Assembly: GCA_963693365.1 (NCBI GenBank)
Contig: CAVNZM010000010.1
Coordinates: 3,100,001-3,164,000 of the forward strand
DNA length: 64,000 bases
Source: Amoebidium appalachense
Taxonomy: Eukaryota > Protista > Ichthyosporea
Direction: 5' to 3'
In this document: piece by piece, positions 1 through 28,271 of the stretch
Layout: every line of letters begins with the position of its first letter
How positions within the stretch are numbered: the stretch's first letter is position 1
Notes under the pieces: model-generated
What the model saw: the letters and a program-made list of their open reading frames with translations, nothing else
Told to the model about the DNA's origin: nothing
Database searches by the model: none
Translations under genes and position numbers: made by a program

Positions 1-106
1 AATGGTGGATGCCCCGGCACACAACAAGCACACCCTACGGCTCACACACGCACCCACACCTATCCACGTTTACTGCAGTCATTCTCATATACATAATTCC
101 ATGCAG

Positions 107-916
107 ATGCGCACTGAAGGTTCCCTGTCGCTGTACAAGGGCACGGTTGCCCCGTTGATCGGTAACATGCTCTTGCTGGGCATCCACTTCCCCGTCTTCA
201 CCCGCACCCGCCACTGGCTGCAAGCACAGCAACCTGACACCGCCTTCAATCCTGCACACATTCTCATTGCTGGTGCCGCAGCCGGTGGAGCAGGGTCACT
301 CATATCTACCCCTGTAGAGTTGGTGCGAACAAAAATGCAAATGCAGCGAAGGGCAGCGCTGGGGTCAGGCACGGGTACACAGGGGGAGTGGTACCGGGGG
401 TCTTTGGACTGCATGAGGAAGGTGGTGGCACGGCACGGGGTGAAGGGCCTGTACAGGGGGTTCACGTCCACCGTGCTCAGAGACATGCAGGGCTACGCAT
501 GGTTCTTTCTGGGCTACGAGGCTACCACTCATTTGCTGGCTGGGCCGGGGAAGACGCGTGCGGACTTGCAGTACTGGCAGGTGATGGTGGCCGGGGTGGC
601 GGCAGGGTTTGGGCTGTGGGGCAGCATGCTCCCTATCGACACGATCAAGTCCAAGCTGCAGGCAGACGACCTTGCAAACAAGCAGTACAGAAACACAATG
701 GACTGCTACAGGCAGACGGTGAGGGTGGAGGGCCAGAAGGGGCTGTGGAGGGGCTTCAGTGCGGCCATGTACCGGGCCATCCCCGTCAATGCGGCTATAT
801 TCCTGGCCGTGGAGTCCACCAGGCAGTTTGTCAACAGTGTGGATTTGGATGCATGCCGTGCAGAAACTGCCAGCCGCACAATAACGAAATGTGTGCATGC
901 AAATAGAAAGGTTTAA
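107..916 (+). CDS. Mitochondrial carrier (SLC25) protein, carnitine/ornithine/basic-amino-acid carrier-like; final exon, 5' part outside the window
   Basis: After the acceptor catgcag (ending at 106) the frame reads MRTEGSLSLYKG. It carries two Px[DE]xx[KR] carrier signatures (TPVELVRTKMQ, LPIDTIKSKLQ) and the motifs GVKGLYRGF and EGQKGLWRGF. Stop TAA at 914-916. Confidence 0.9.
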   Translation: MRTEGSLSLYKGTVAPLIGNMLLLGIHFPVFTRTRHWLQAQQPDTAFNPAHILIAGAAAGGAGSLISTPVELVRTKMQMQRRAALGSGTGTQGEWYRGSLDCMRKVVARHGVKGLYRGFTSTVLRDMQGYAWFFLGYEATTHLLAGPGKTRADLQYWQVMVAGVAAGFGLWGSMLPIDTIKSKLQADDLANKQYRNTMDCYRQTVRVEGQKGLWRGFSAAMYRAIPVNAAIFLAVESTRQFVNSVDLDACRAETASRTITKCVHANRKV

Positions 917-1969
917 TGCTGAATTTTCGGCATATTATTAGATACATGTTTGTTTGCTGCGAGTGGCCTAGGGTTTGGGCAGAGGGTGAACGTGTACCTG
1001 ATTTAGGACAAATTTCAAGTGTTTGCTGCAAAACGGCACAAGAATGAATGCGACGGCCGGCAGAAGACTTGCCATGTAAAATACGAGCTCGCCATCGTGA
1101 GTATATTTGGGAGTGATTGTACATAACCTGTAGGAATCCCATCTTCTGCGTCCGCGAGACTTGATGCTATAGTTATTCTATAAATTTTACTGGTCGAACT
1201 GTGTCGCAACATGCAGTGATATGCCATCGTCAACCTTACTTTTCCCCAACGATTATACAGTTTTAACCTGTGCACGATAGTCAAATGATGTAACAGAGTC
1301 ACGGATGCCTTTCTTGAAGCTAACAAAGGTGGCATTCTGATAAAAAGTGCAGAATAAAAGGTGCACGTACATTCAGGGCCCTTACTACCACGAGCACGGT
1401 TGTTATTTTGCTGTAGCTCGGAAATCCGCTTTCAGTCGTTTTGCTGGATGTCTAGCTTATACAGTTCAGCTCAGGATCAAAATATCCGGGCTGGTACTAC
1501 GTAGGCGTCATTCATGCAGTATGTAGTGGTGTTTACGTAGCCGCGGGTGCGTATGTGTGGGTGCTTACACGATGGTATACAGTTGTGTGTTGTGTTGTGT
1601 TGTATGTGTGTGTGACACTGTGTTTATGTGTAGATTCAGGCCCAGGCTCGCCACGCAGACCTGCCCGTTCATCCGGGTTGTGTTTGTGTGCATATTCGCA
1701 CACATCTACACACGCACACACCCACACACGCGCACACGCACACACAAACACCACACACACACGCCAACACACACACACCCACGCACGCACAAACAGACAC
1801 ACGCACGCACGCACGCACACGCACACACGCACACACGCACACACACATGCACACACGCATACACACACGCGCGCCCACACACACACACAAACCCACGCGT
1901 ACGCACACCTACATACACATGCAGGACACACCACACCCACCCACAGTGTCACATACGCGCATGCACATG

Positions 1970-2075
<106 letters not shown>

Positions 2076-3119
2076 GCACGCACGCACGCACACGCACACA
2101 CGAACGCACGCACACGCACACGCACACACACACACTGTGCACACACACAAATGTACACGCCCAAATTTTATTTTCGAAGACCACAAACCCTACTATGCAT
2201 TTCATCAGTGTGCAAGTGTGCTAACTCAGCCCTGCCCACTTGAAAGGCCATACACCAGTTCGGATTCAACCAATCAGATCTGCGATCCATTTTACCGGAG
2301 ACGATTGGCTGAACTCGCACCAGCACGTAAATATAGCAAATCTTATAGTATCTCATCACATTTGACCAAGAGATTTCCAGTCAAATGTTGTCATTTGCTT
2401 CTTCACTTTGCCTTTTTTTTTTTTTTGTAAGAATCAAATAGCTATGGGTGTAGAAAATTATCCAGAACAACCGGTTGCAACTCTCTGGCCGCTGAGACAC
2501 AACCTCAATATGCCATGCCACATGTACCCTTTGTGTGCGCCGGCAGAAATTGGCACTATATATCCAACCTGTGTTTCTTTTTTTTCTCTTGACTGGGATT
2601 TATTGATCAGTGGTCCAGTGGATATGAAGGCAACGTGCAGCCACAGGCTACATGACCACCCAAATAACCGACTTCGAAAGAGCCACAGCGATGAAATAAA
2701 AAATAAAACAACAAGTGACCAAAGGACACCAGAAACTAGTTTGCTCCAACTAGTCATATGTTTCTTTAATTTGTAACGCGATTGTAGGATATATTTACAA
2801 TTGCTTGGTTTGAAATTTCCAAAACAGGGCCTGCCTCCTTCCTTTCCGACTGCCGTCTAAAGACGCTTTCTACAGAAAAGGGACCTCATTGTTATCAGCT
2901 GTGATGCTAATGTCAGAAATAATGGTACACTAATTGGATATAGATACCATAGTGCTTGGAAGAAAGGTTCGAGCGGTCTATATAGTGCGGCCGATGGAAG
3001 AACCAACGAAGGAGGCAAGGCTACAAGAGAAACATCTGCAGTGTTGTAGATCTGAAGTGTTGCAGTCAACCATTCTCTAGGGGGAACACTCGCTTTCCCT
3101 GTGGTAAACTGCAGAGAGA

Positions 3120-16823
<13,704 letters not shown>

Positions 16824-17500
16824 TTGGCCGGTGGTCATGTGCCTCTTATCTCATTGGCTTAAGGTCGTGCACTGCATCTCATGGTTGGGTTATTGGTCAT
16901 GCAAAAACCATCTCCTGCTGTGCTTGCAGGTCATTCAATGCTTCATCTTGATTGGCCAGCTGTGAGGCAATTGTTTCGTTCTTATTGGCTCCAGGCAGCC
17001 ATATGCTTTACTTCACGTATGTATGCCCCGTGTCTGGGCCACCCAAATATTTATACGCGTATGGTGTCTTTGTGTACATTGTCTTTGTTAATTATATCTT
17101 CGAAGTTATTAGTGGTATTTTTATAATGCTATACCTGTTAACGGTGTTTTTGTTTCTTTACGGTGATTTGTTGTTGTCTCCCTTCTGGGCTGGCACCCAC
17201 GGTTCATCTGTCCCCAACCTACATGAATGCGCAGCCGGCAAACTGTCCATGCACGTATCTTAACCTATCTACATGGTTGCCCGACACACTGGTAACACCC
17301 CCCTACTCCCTGCCGCCCGGCAATTTGTGCAACGATCCATAGTATACAAGATGACGATTTCGTTTAAGACCCAAAAGAGCGCTGCATCAAGCGAACTTGA
17401 ATCTTTCTAGAAATTACTACGTTTGCGAATCTTTCTGTACACACTAGAGTGCTTGTGTGCAATCCCGTTTGCACTGTTACATGCACGCCTGCATGTGCAC

Positions 17501-19324
17501 CTAGTTGAACCGCCTATTGAACATGACAGCCACATCCAAGACCTTACTCCCCCTGTCAAAGAAATCCACCACCACAATATTCCCCATCCTCTTCCCTTGC
17601 CACAAGGTCTGCATGGCAAACGACATGAGTGCGTTATTTGCACTCACAGCTAGCTCACTCTCCAAAGAGTCCTTTGTGCTCGGGTGGCCAAGAATAAATG
17701 GTGCATTGGGAGTGAGTGTCCACGATATCTTCTGTAGCTGGTAGGTGGTGGTACTGCTGGATAGGATGCCTTGGGTGGCGCTTACCTGTGTGTGTGTGCG
17801 TGTGTGGGAATGGGTGTGTGTGTGTTTGTGTGTGCATGTGTGTGTGTAAGTGTGTGCTCGTGCTCGCTTGCATGTGCATGTATGTGCACGTGGGTGTTGT
17901 GTTTGATTTGGATGGGTGGGGGGACGAGGGAGGGGGCTAAATAGCAGGTTTGTGCCTTTTGTATGTGTAGAAGAATGTGCTACGGTGTAGGGATGTGATC
18001 TGTGTCTCTGGTATCCAACGGTACCATGTGGTTATTGAACAACACATAGGCATGTGGTTGGGTGCTCAGGAATCTTTATACCATACACCCACAGTAATGT
18101 GCCTTAGGTCAATCGATAAGAATCCGGTGAAACAAATTTGTGATTTGTGCGTTGATTACAACTTGGCAGTACACTTCCTTCAAGAAAAACAAAACAAAAA
18201 AAAATAGACCTAAACCGAACTCTCCCCTTCTTTCGTTGGTCGTTCCAAGCATCATTTCTTGTTACATCCTCTCCTTCCCTCTCCCCCCTCCCCCCCCCCC
18301 CCCCCCCCTCCCCCCCCCCCCCCGCCCCGCCCGCCCGCCTTCCCGCCCGCCCCAACCCCATCCCCGCCTTCGCCACTGCCCCTTCTTTCCTCCCTCCCAC
18401 CTCGATATAACCCTCTACCTCGCCTCCTCCCTCCCCTCCTCCCCCCCCCCCCCCCCTCCCCCCCCCACCCTTCCCCTCCCTCCTACCCCCCCCCCCCCAT
18501 CCCCTCCCTCCCCTGCCCATTCCCATTTCCCCATTTCTCTCCCACCCTCCGCCACCCTACACAGCCACCTGCCTCACCTCTAACCACACAGCCCTATCAC
18601 CTACCTGCCCAGCGTTATAGTTGATCATCCTGCTCAGGTCAGGTGTGTTTGCCCACGTGTTCTTGACTGCACGTGCATGCAATATCTTCTGGCTGTTGAA
18701 CTGTGCCACCACACTGGGGGCCACCACCACCACCCGCCTGTTTGCCTTCACCATCTGCCATATGGTCATACCAAACACATCCTTGGCATCCACAAGGTAG
18801 GCGCCAAGAATTTTGGTGATTAATTGTGCAAGCTGCCCTGCCTGTGTGTGAGTGTGTAGGATGGGTGGGTGGGTGGGTGGGGGGGGGGGGGGGGGGGGAG
18901 AGGGGGGGGGGCGATTGCGGCAATGGTTAAGGGAACTGCACTTCAAAAAGGATAAGGATCATGGAAATGGGGAGGTGAACGATATGGGGGTGTCTTACTC
19001 GGTCCGGGGATAGAAGGAGGGTATGGGTGCAAACCATGTCTTGCTTGTGAGTCGGCAAAGGGCAGGTGTGAGGTGTGGGACGTGCAGATGTGAGTAGGAG
19101 CTTGGCGGTGTAGAATGCATGTATGTGTGCGTGCACGCCTGCGATAGTGTGCATGCATGTGTGCGTGCGTGTGCGCGTGTGCATGTGTGCATGCTTGTGT
19201 TTGCATGTTGCGCATTCTCTGCTCTTTTCCTTTCTGAATTTGCTTATTTCTTTTCTTTTCTTTTCTATACATGTACATACCAGTGGCGGCTGCAGCTACG
19301 TTTGTGCGTGCGCGTGCGCAGCGT

Positions 19325-19388
<64 letters not shown>

Positions 19389-20086
19389 GGGGTGTGTGTG
19401 GGGGTGTATGTGTACACGGTATGAGCGTGTGTCTATGCATGCGGTTTGTGTGCATGTGCCTGTAAGAGCGTGCATGAGTACGTGTGTACGTCCCAGTGCG
19501 CTAGTGATGCCAGAAACCCACGCACCTCGTCCAGGGTCAATGGCCCACTTGGGTGTGCGGCCAGTTCGTTGACCTCCACCACCACCACCTCACTGTTCTG
19601 TGCCAGAAACTGCCTCACCTGCTGCAGCAATGCCTCCACAGTGTCCCCCACAAACCCGTGGTACGTGCGCCATGTGCGCGTGGGCCTGTGCAGACCTGCC
19701 TGGATATCCAAGTACCTAATGCCCCCTAGTAGCTGCGCATACACGTTGTAGTTTTGGCACTTTGCCCAGCGCGAGATCACAAACGGGTCAGCCCCCTTGA
19801 TGTTGGGCTTGCCCACCAGGTTTGAGATCCACGAAAGCACACCGTTTTGTGCCTTTACGTAGTCTGTTACGAACCCCAAATCACCCATGATATAGCTGTA
19901 GTCAGTGAAGCCGTATGCGCCACTGTTATGTGTGCCGGGCAGGGTGACTTGGTCCAGCCTCTTGTGGTAGAGAGACTGTCGCAGGTCCTTCATCCATGTG
20001 GGGTTGGAGTATGCTTCGCATGCCCCCGGCTGCACCCAGAAGCACAGCGCGGCAACAACCAAACTCGCCCATTTTTGCCCAACCAT
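17501..20086 (-). CDS. Secreted PI-PLC X-domain (PLCXD / bacterial-type PI-PLC-like) phosphodiesterase
   Basis: Three phase-0 exons: 20086-19526, 18841-18605 and 17785-17501. Signal-peptide-like N-terminus (WASLVVAALCFWVQPGACEA). Motifs WMKDL, LPGTHNSG, CQNYNVYAQLLGGIRYLDI and TYHG, with C-terminal NIVVVDFF before TAG. Confidence 0.9.
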
Positions 20087-20254
20087 GAGTGCGGGTTTGA
20101 ATAAGTCGTTGTTTTGGTGTTGTTAGGCCCCTTTTTGCTCTGTTAACGCCTTGTAAAAGCTTTTTGAGGAGACAGCCGGCAGGCTGAGCCAGGGCCAACA
20201 TGGGGCCTGCCCGCCGGTGCCCGGGCGTCGGGGACTGAATGCCTTTGAAGAATA

Positions 20255-20326
20255 TAGATTGGCCAATGGTAGTTGATTACTATAGGTGATCCAATCATAT
20301 GAGCTCGATGCGGGTTTGAGCCAATC
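20255..20326. promoter_or_regulatory. Putative bidirectional promoter with tandem CCAAT boxes
   Basis: Lies between divergent ATGs at 20086 (-) and 20655 (+). There is an overlapping ATTGG/CCAAT at ~20258-20267 and further CCAAT at 20291 and 20321, about 30 bp apart. Confidence 0.5.
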
Positions 20327-20654
20327 AACATCGCAAATATCTTTTGGGCAGATCGCGATCGTGAGCTGTTCAGTGACAGTGTTCAGACAACGCACGTGCA
20401 CCCAGCTGATCAGGCTCAAGGCTTTGGCAGTTTTTTTCTTCTTTTTTTTTACCCGCTGACTGAGTTCTTCATACAACAATAGGGCTCGAGAGAGAGAGAG
20501 CAAAACATCAGAGCAGCGGATAATAGTTTATGTCACAAGAGCATCAATACATGTAACCCACCTCTTCTTTCAAGAGGCGACACGGCTTGCACAGCAAGTT
20601 CACCGCAGCACGATTGAACTCAAACGGCAATACGCTCTAGGCAATCCAGCCACC

Positions 20655-21994
20655 ATGGCATTAGTAAAGAAAGGTAAACCGAAGAAAAACAGTGTGGCCA
20701 CAGACGACGCGCTTGCACGGCGGCTAGAACAGCATGGTAAAAGCATCCCCAACCCCCCCCCCCCTCCCCCCCCCTCCCCCCTCCCCCTTCTCTCTCCCTC
20801 TCTGTCCACCATCCCCCCCCCCCCCCCCCCCCCGCCGCCCCCCCTTCCCCGGGCTCCCCCCATCCCCGCCCAACATGTACACATACGTACGGGGAAAGGT
20901 GGGTGTAAGCCACCTTTGTTTTTTCGTTGCAGCCACATACACGTAGCACAACATAAGTGCATGTACGGGTAGTTCATTTGCTCACACATCCATTACACAC
21001 ACACACACACGGCACACAGCAACTGCAAGCACGTAAGCACCAAGACACACCCGGACACACACGAGCACACATACACGTGCACACGCACACACACGTACAC
21101 CCACGCACACACACACCCATATTCACACACACATGCACGCACACGCACACGCACACACACACATAAACATGCACACACGTACACACGGTCACACGTATAC
21201 GCTTACACCGTAAACACTACACAAGCTTTCATAAACACATAAACACATACATGTACCCGTACACTCGTGAACACGTGACACACATACACCAGACACGAAC
21301 GCATACACCAGGCACGAACACAAACACAAACAACACACACACAAGCGCACAGAGCTTTGTTGATTCCCCTCGTATTTACTGAGCTCTTTCCCCAGGGGAG
21401 GCCTTTCTTGCTTCGTTTGACACTGGCCGGCCAAAAAAGCGACAAAGGCTGGACTCGGAGGTTGGTGCCTGCACTAGCAATGGAGGGGGGGAAGGGGGGG
21501 GGGGGGGGGGGGGGGGGGGGGGATAGGGGGAGGGGGGAGGGGGGAGGCCGGGAGGGGGGGGGAGAAGGGGGGGCTAGGAGCGGGACAGTGGGAGCGAGAG
21601 AGACAGGGAGAGAGAGGTTGAAGGAGGGAGGGAAGGAGGGAGGGAAGGTAGGGGAAAGTGAGAGAGGGGGAGAGGACGTGGGGAAGGAAAAGCGAGGGAG
21701 AGAGAAGTTGAAAGGGAGGGTGGGAGGCAGGGGTGGGGGGGTAAGGAGGGAGAGAGGTAAGGAGGGGGGGGGGGGGGGGGGGGGAGGGAGGAAGAAGTGG
21801 ATGAGGGGGGAGGGGAGGGGGAAGAGAGAGAGGGGGGGCGGGGGAGGGAGGAAGAAGTGGATGAGGGGGGGGAGAGGGAGGGGGAAGAGAGAGAGAGGGG
21901 GGGGGGGGGGGGGAGGGGTAAGGGAGATATGTGATGGAGGTTATGCTGTATTCTGGAGTGTTTCTATATCCGTACTCCCTCCTCCAACCTGCCC

Positions 21995-22032
<38 letters not shown>

Positions 22033-22354
22033 CCCCTTCTGCTGCAAAACCACGGGACACTGCTTAGATTTGTTTCACCTTGCGTTATCCCCACCTTCTT
22101 CCCCCTTTCTTGTCCCCCCCCCCCACCCCCCCCCTCCTCTCCAACCCTCCCCCTTCCCCCCTTTCCCCCTTCCTGCCCTTCCCCCCTCCCTCCCCCCCTG
22201 AGGACCCCCTTCCCCTTCCCCCATCTCTTCCCGGATACACACACCCTACCACCCGACATCCGCAACTGATGCCATCCCCTTGCCTTCGTTTCATTCACAC
22301 AGACGGACAACAAACCGGATGCAGAAATAAAAGGTATGATTGGATTTAAGAGTG

Positions 22355-22424
<70 letters not shown>

Positions 22425-22910
22425 CGCGCGCATGCGCAAACGTTGCACGGGTGTGCGTGTGTATGGATGTGTGCATGGGTGGTGCGTGCGTGTGTGCGTG
22501 CGGATAAGTGTGTCAGGGAATTTTTAGGCAGGCAGGAGGGAAGGGGAGGGGGAGGGCAGCGATAGGGGGGAGCAAAGAGATTGGGGCAGATGGTTCTGTA
22601 GCTGGGCAAGCAAGTGGGTGGGTGGTTGGAGATTAAGGAAGGTAAGTGTGGAAGTGGGGTGGGTGGGTGAAAGGGGAGGGGGGGGGGGGAAGGAGGGGAG
22701 GAGGGGGAGTGGGAAGTTTGCTCTGGTTGTGTTGTTAATTGCATGAAATGGCATTTCTGTTTTTCTTGAAAGTCTCCCGTTGTCTGTTCTGTCCCTCTGT
22801 GTGTTTGTGCTTGGCATGTGCACCTGACCTTTGGGTGTGGTCACAGGGACTAACAGCCTATGGGAGGATATTCTTGGGCCCTTAAATCAGCCACAAGAGG
22901 TAAATCACCT

Positions 22911-22942
<32 letters not shown>

Positions 22943-25900
22943 TTCCCCCCCCTCCTCCCCCGGCCCACTTGCCCAAGGCACCCGGTTCCCCCCTCCCCCT
23001 CCTTCTCCGACCTAGCCCATCTTATTCCCTTTCTGCCCGTAAAGCAACCACTGCTACTCCCATTTTAGCCGCTGGGCGGCGAGCCACATTGGTGACGTCA
23101 TTCTGTGCACAAATTCCATGACACCGTGTCGCCCTAAATGGGGCGCTAAAGGCTGAGCTGGGATCTGTCGTATGTCGACATCGGCAACGTGACACAATTT
23201 GATTGAGTCTCTCGATTGGTGAGACACATTTGAGAAATGTGGCTCTCTGCTGGTCAGTGCCCAGACGCTAAATTGGGAGAAGCGGTGGTTGGTTTTAGCC
23301 GCTTTCTGTGTGCCCCTACTCTCATGCACACATGCACACCAACCCTCAACCATGTGCACGCACTCCGTGTAATATTAGAGCACAACACACATCGCCCACA
23401 TTCCCTTCCTCCCCTCCCCACACCACACCCCGTGTAATATTAGAGCACAACACACATCGCCCACATTCCCTTCCTCCCCTCCCCACACCACACTCCGTGT
23501 AATATTAGAGCACAACACACATCGCCCACATTCCCTTCCTCCCCTCCCCACACCACACTCCGTGTAATATTAGAGCACAACACACATCGCCCACATTCCC
23601 TTCCTCCCCTCCCCACACCACACCCCGTGTAATATTAGAGCACAACACACATCGCCCACATTCCCTTCCTCCCCTCCCCACACCACACCCCGTGTAATAT
23701 TAGAGCACAACACACATCGCCCACATTCCCTTCCTCCCCTCCCCACACCACACCCCGTGTAATATTAGAGCACAACACACATCGCCCACATTCCCTTCCT
23801 CCCCTCCCCACACCACACTCCGTGTAATATTAGAGCACAACACACATCGCCCACATTCCCTTCCTCCCCTCCCCACACCACACCCCGTGTAATATTAGAG
23901 CACAACACACATCGCCCACATTCCCTTCCTCCCCTCCCCACACCACACTCCGTGTAATATTAGAGCACAACACACATCGCCCACATTCCCTTCCTCCCCT
24001 CCCCACACCACACCCCGTGTAATATTAGAGCACAACACACATCGCCCACATTCCCTTCCTCCCCTCCCCACACCACACCCCGTGTAATATTAGAGCACAA
24101 CACACATCGCCCACATTCCCTTCCTCCCCTCCCCACACCACACCCCGTGTAATATTAGAGCACAACACACATCGCCCACATTCCCTTCCTCCCCTCCCCA
24201 CACCACACCCCGTGTAATATTAGAGCACAACACACATCGCCCACATTCCCTTCCTCCCCTCCCCACACCACACCCCGTGTAATATTAGAGCACAACACAC
24301 ATCGCCCACATTCCCTTCCTCCCCCTCCCCACACCACACTCCGTGTAATATTAGAGCACAACACACATCGCCCACATTCCCTTCCTCCCCTCCCCACACC
24401 ACACCCCGTGTAATATTAGAGCACAACACACATCGCCCACATTCCCTTCCTCCCCTCCCCACACCACACCCCGTGTAATATTAGAGCACAACACACATCG
24501 CCCACATTCCCTTCCTCCCCTCCCCACACCACACCCCGTGTAATATTAGAGCACAACACACATCGCCCACATTCCCTTCCTCCTCTCCCCACACCACACC
24601 CCGTGTAATATTAGAGCACAACACACATCGCCCACATTCCCTTCCTCCCCTCCCCACACCACACTCCGTGTAATATTAGAGCACAACACACATCGCCCAC
24701 ATTCCCTTCCTCCCCTCCCCACACCACCACCCCCACCCACCCACCCTTCCCCCCTCCCCCTCTTTTCCTGCCCTCCCCTTCTCCACCCCCTCCCTCCTCC
24801 AACCACCACCACACACCCTCATCACGGATAACTTCATTTACATCGTGCTCCATGGACCATCCCCCGTCCCCTCCCCTCCCCCCCCCCCCCCCCTCTCCCC
24901 TCACCCCAGCCCTTCGTCCGTCCCTCACATTGCTTTTGTCTCAGAAAGCACCCACGGCACCAGGCAGGCCTGGGCCCAAAGTTGTGGATGCCACGGGGTA
25001 TGGCAGTCGGCCAATCACAGAGCCCACAGAGAAGAAGGCAAAGTTCCTGTTTCTGGTGGGTGCCCTAGTGTGTGGCTGAAGGGTGGCGGGGGAAGGGGAC
25101 GGATAAGGGTGCAGGAACCATGTATGGTGGTTGCGTGTGTGTGTGTGTTGCAGGGAGGGCCTGGGGGGTGGGGTGGAGGGGGAGGGGAGGGGAGGGGGGG
25201 GGGAGGGGGGGGGGGGGAAGGGGGAGGGGGGAGAGGGGGGAGAGGCAGGGGAAGTGAGCGGCGGCGGTGGCGGTGGTGGTAGTAGGAGAAGGGGGGGGGG
25301 GGGGGGGGGGGGGGGGGGCTAGGCAGAACGGCGTGTCTGCTTTTTGTGTGAGCACATGACCTCCCCCCCCCCCCCCCACCTCCCCCCCCCCCCCAGTTTT
25401 TTTTGGGGGGGCTGATTATGACGGAGAAGGTGCAAGGTTAGAGAGTTGGTGTGTGAGCTTTGTGTGTGTGTGCAGGGAGGCTTTAGAGACTGGGAGGGGA
25501 AGGAGGGACTCAGGTGTGCATGAGCAATGAGGGGACTCGGTTGCGTGGAAGCAATGAAGGGACACATGGAACGAACGTGTGTCTGGAAGGGACTTCAGTG
25601 CCATGCATGCCACGTCATGACTCTCTATATCCTCCCCCCCCCCCCCCCCCCCCCCCCCCCCACCAGCCACCGACCCACCCACCCACCCACCCACCCACCC
25701 ACCCCTCTCTCCGTCTCCCCCCCCACCACCACCATCTCTTCCTCCTCTCCTCTTTACCCCCTTCATGCCACCACCCCATGCAGTCAGGCAAGGTCACAGA
25801 TCTGAATAAGGCCGACCAACCACCACCACAGTTCCGGCGCAAGAGGTATGTGCCTTGTGATAAATATAGCAGCCTGGTCTAAATATAGCAGCCTGGTCAA

Positions 25901-26579
25901 AATATAGCAGTGTGGTATAATATAGCAGCCTGGTCTAAATAGAGCAGCCTGGTCTGAATATTGCAGCCATATCTAAATATAACAGTCTGGTCTAAATATA
26001 GCAGCCTGATCTAAATATAGCAGCTTGATCTAAATACAGCAGCCTTGTCTATATGTATAAGTATGGTATCAATGCAGCATTGTCTATATGTATAAGTATG
26101 GTATCAATGCAGCATTGTCTATATGTATAAGTATGGTATCAATGCAGCATTGTCTATATGTATAAGTATGGTATCAATGCAGCATTGTGCGCACTGCAGC
26201 AGAGAATGCCGCTACGTATTCCCCCACCTGCCCACTCCCCTCCCCCCCCCCCCTCCCCCCTCCCCCCTCCCCCCCAAAACCCTTGAGCTTCCAGGGGCTC
26301 ATCCTCTTGTGGGTCATATACATTGCTGTGCTTTGAGCACAATCTTGTGTGCATGCATATTTGGGCAATCTTATCGCCTTACCAGTTACGGCACGGCCTT
26401 TCTTCTTCTTTTTTGCAATGCATTGCCAAATATAGAAGTGCTGGGCAAAGGTGCCATCTATTTTTGAATCCTGACGGTGGCCTGCAGGCCACCACCACGG
26501 CAGCCCAGTCTGATGGAGTCTGTGGCCCAGGAGGTCGAGGCATTGGGTGCGTGCAGCAAACCTACCCCCCCCCCCCCAT

Positions 26580-26661
<82 letters not shown>

Positions 26662-26724
26662 CACGCACACACACGCGTGCACACACACACGCACACATGC
26701 ACACGTGCGTGTGCGCGCACGCAC

Positions 26725-26786
<62 letters not shown>

Positions 26787-26851
26787 ATGTACCACACACA
26801 CACCTTTGCACGCGCACTTCACAAACACACACACACACACGAATCCAGTTT

Positions 26852-26935
<84 letters not shown>

Positions 26936-26972
26936 CCATTTGCATGCGCACTTCTGAACACCGGTCCTTGCT

Positions 26973-27003
<31 letters not shown>

Positions 27004-27555
27004 TCCGGAGTATCATACGTGCATCGAGTGGCCACGCATATTCATAACGTGAGGGGGCACTGCAGGTGCATCGACACTGACGGGCAAAGCAAAAAAGCAC
27101 CACGAGGCGCTGATGCTGGCTAAGCTGGGGGCTAAGGTGCGTTTATGGGCTCTGTTATACTGCTTGCATGCTTTGTTCATGTTGTTCTCTTTTAACCTTT
27201 ATGTGTTCATGTATTTTTTATTTTGGCTGCTTTCTTCTTGCATCCATCAAAGTTTTTTTTTCATTTCTTGGCTTTCGTTTCCCCCCTTTTCTTTCTTTTT
27301 TTTGTGGGGGGGTGGGGGATCCTGATTGATAAGCTGCTTAAGCATGAGTGATTGTGGTGACGAATGATCAAACCGAAAAGGACGGGCACGGCTTTGGCGT
27401 AGCAATGGTCTGTATGCGGGTGTCGCATATATATCTGGTCATGAAGGGGCTGATTGGTGTGAGTTCTGACTGGGTGGGTCGTTGTCAATTTAAGCCCCAA
27501 CCAATGTGGCTACTTGATTCGGCGAGTTTGGGGTCAGGGGTACGAGGGAAGGGGT

Positions 27556-27603
<48 letters not shown>

Positions 27604-27875
27604 GGGGGGGGGGGAGGGGGGGGGGGGGAGGGGGGACGGACGGACGGACGGACGGACGGAGCTTGAGGGACGGCCGGGAGGGACGGGAGGGAGAGAGAGA
27701 AGGTGTGAAGGGCAGGGCAGGGGGGAGGGGAGTCTCTTATGTAAAGTTATGCTGAGTGTCGGGTTTTTGCAGATGCCCAAGCGTGCCACGGTGCCCATGG
27801 TGGAACACATGCGCCATCTGGCCAAGGTCGAGAAGAAGGAGGCACGCCTTAGAGAAGAGGTCCGTGCAACCTGCC

Positions 27876-27930
<55 letters not shown>

Positions 27931-28189
27931 ACACACACCGACATACAAAAAAAAAAAAAAAAAAAAAAAAACCCAAAAATTCTTCCCCTTTTTCTTCCTC
28001 GTTCCGATGGCAACACACTTTTAATAGTTAAGCACTTAAAACAACTGAGGGCTGTAGGAGTGACGAATGGCCCCCTTTTGTCTCCGCATGTTTCTTGTTA
28101 TAATCATCGTGGTTATTGAAATTGTTACAACCGACTCAATGTTGAGCTTGTCGTCTTTGAGGGAGGGTTGGGGGCGGGGGGAGGGAGGT

Positions 28190-28271
<82 letters not shown>

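Noticed and set aside
2860-3050. Short open stretch (VISCDANVRNNGTLIGY) reminiscent of an RNase H fragment upstream of the kinase gene
   Set aside because: Too short and too weak to support without a search.
18950-19050. Possible extra exon in the PI-PLC gene (KTWFAPIPSFYPRT, followed by gtaaga)
   Set aside because: Exons 1 and 2 join in phase without it, and it has no convincing acceptor or homology.
23361-24727. Regular 65-bp periodicity resembling a CRISPR array
   Set aside because: Units are identical end to end with no unique spacers, no cas genes are present, and it lies in a eukaryotic intron.
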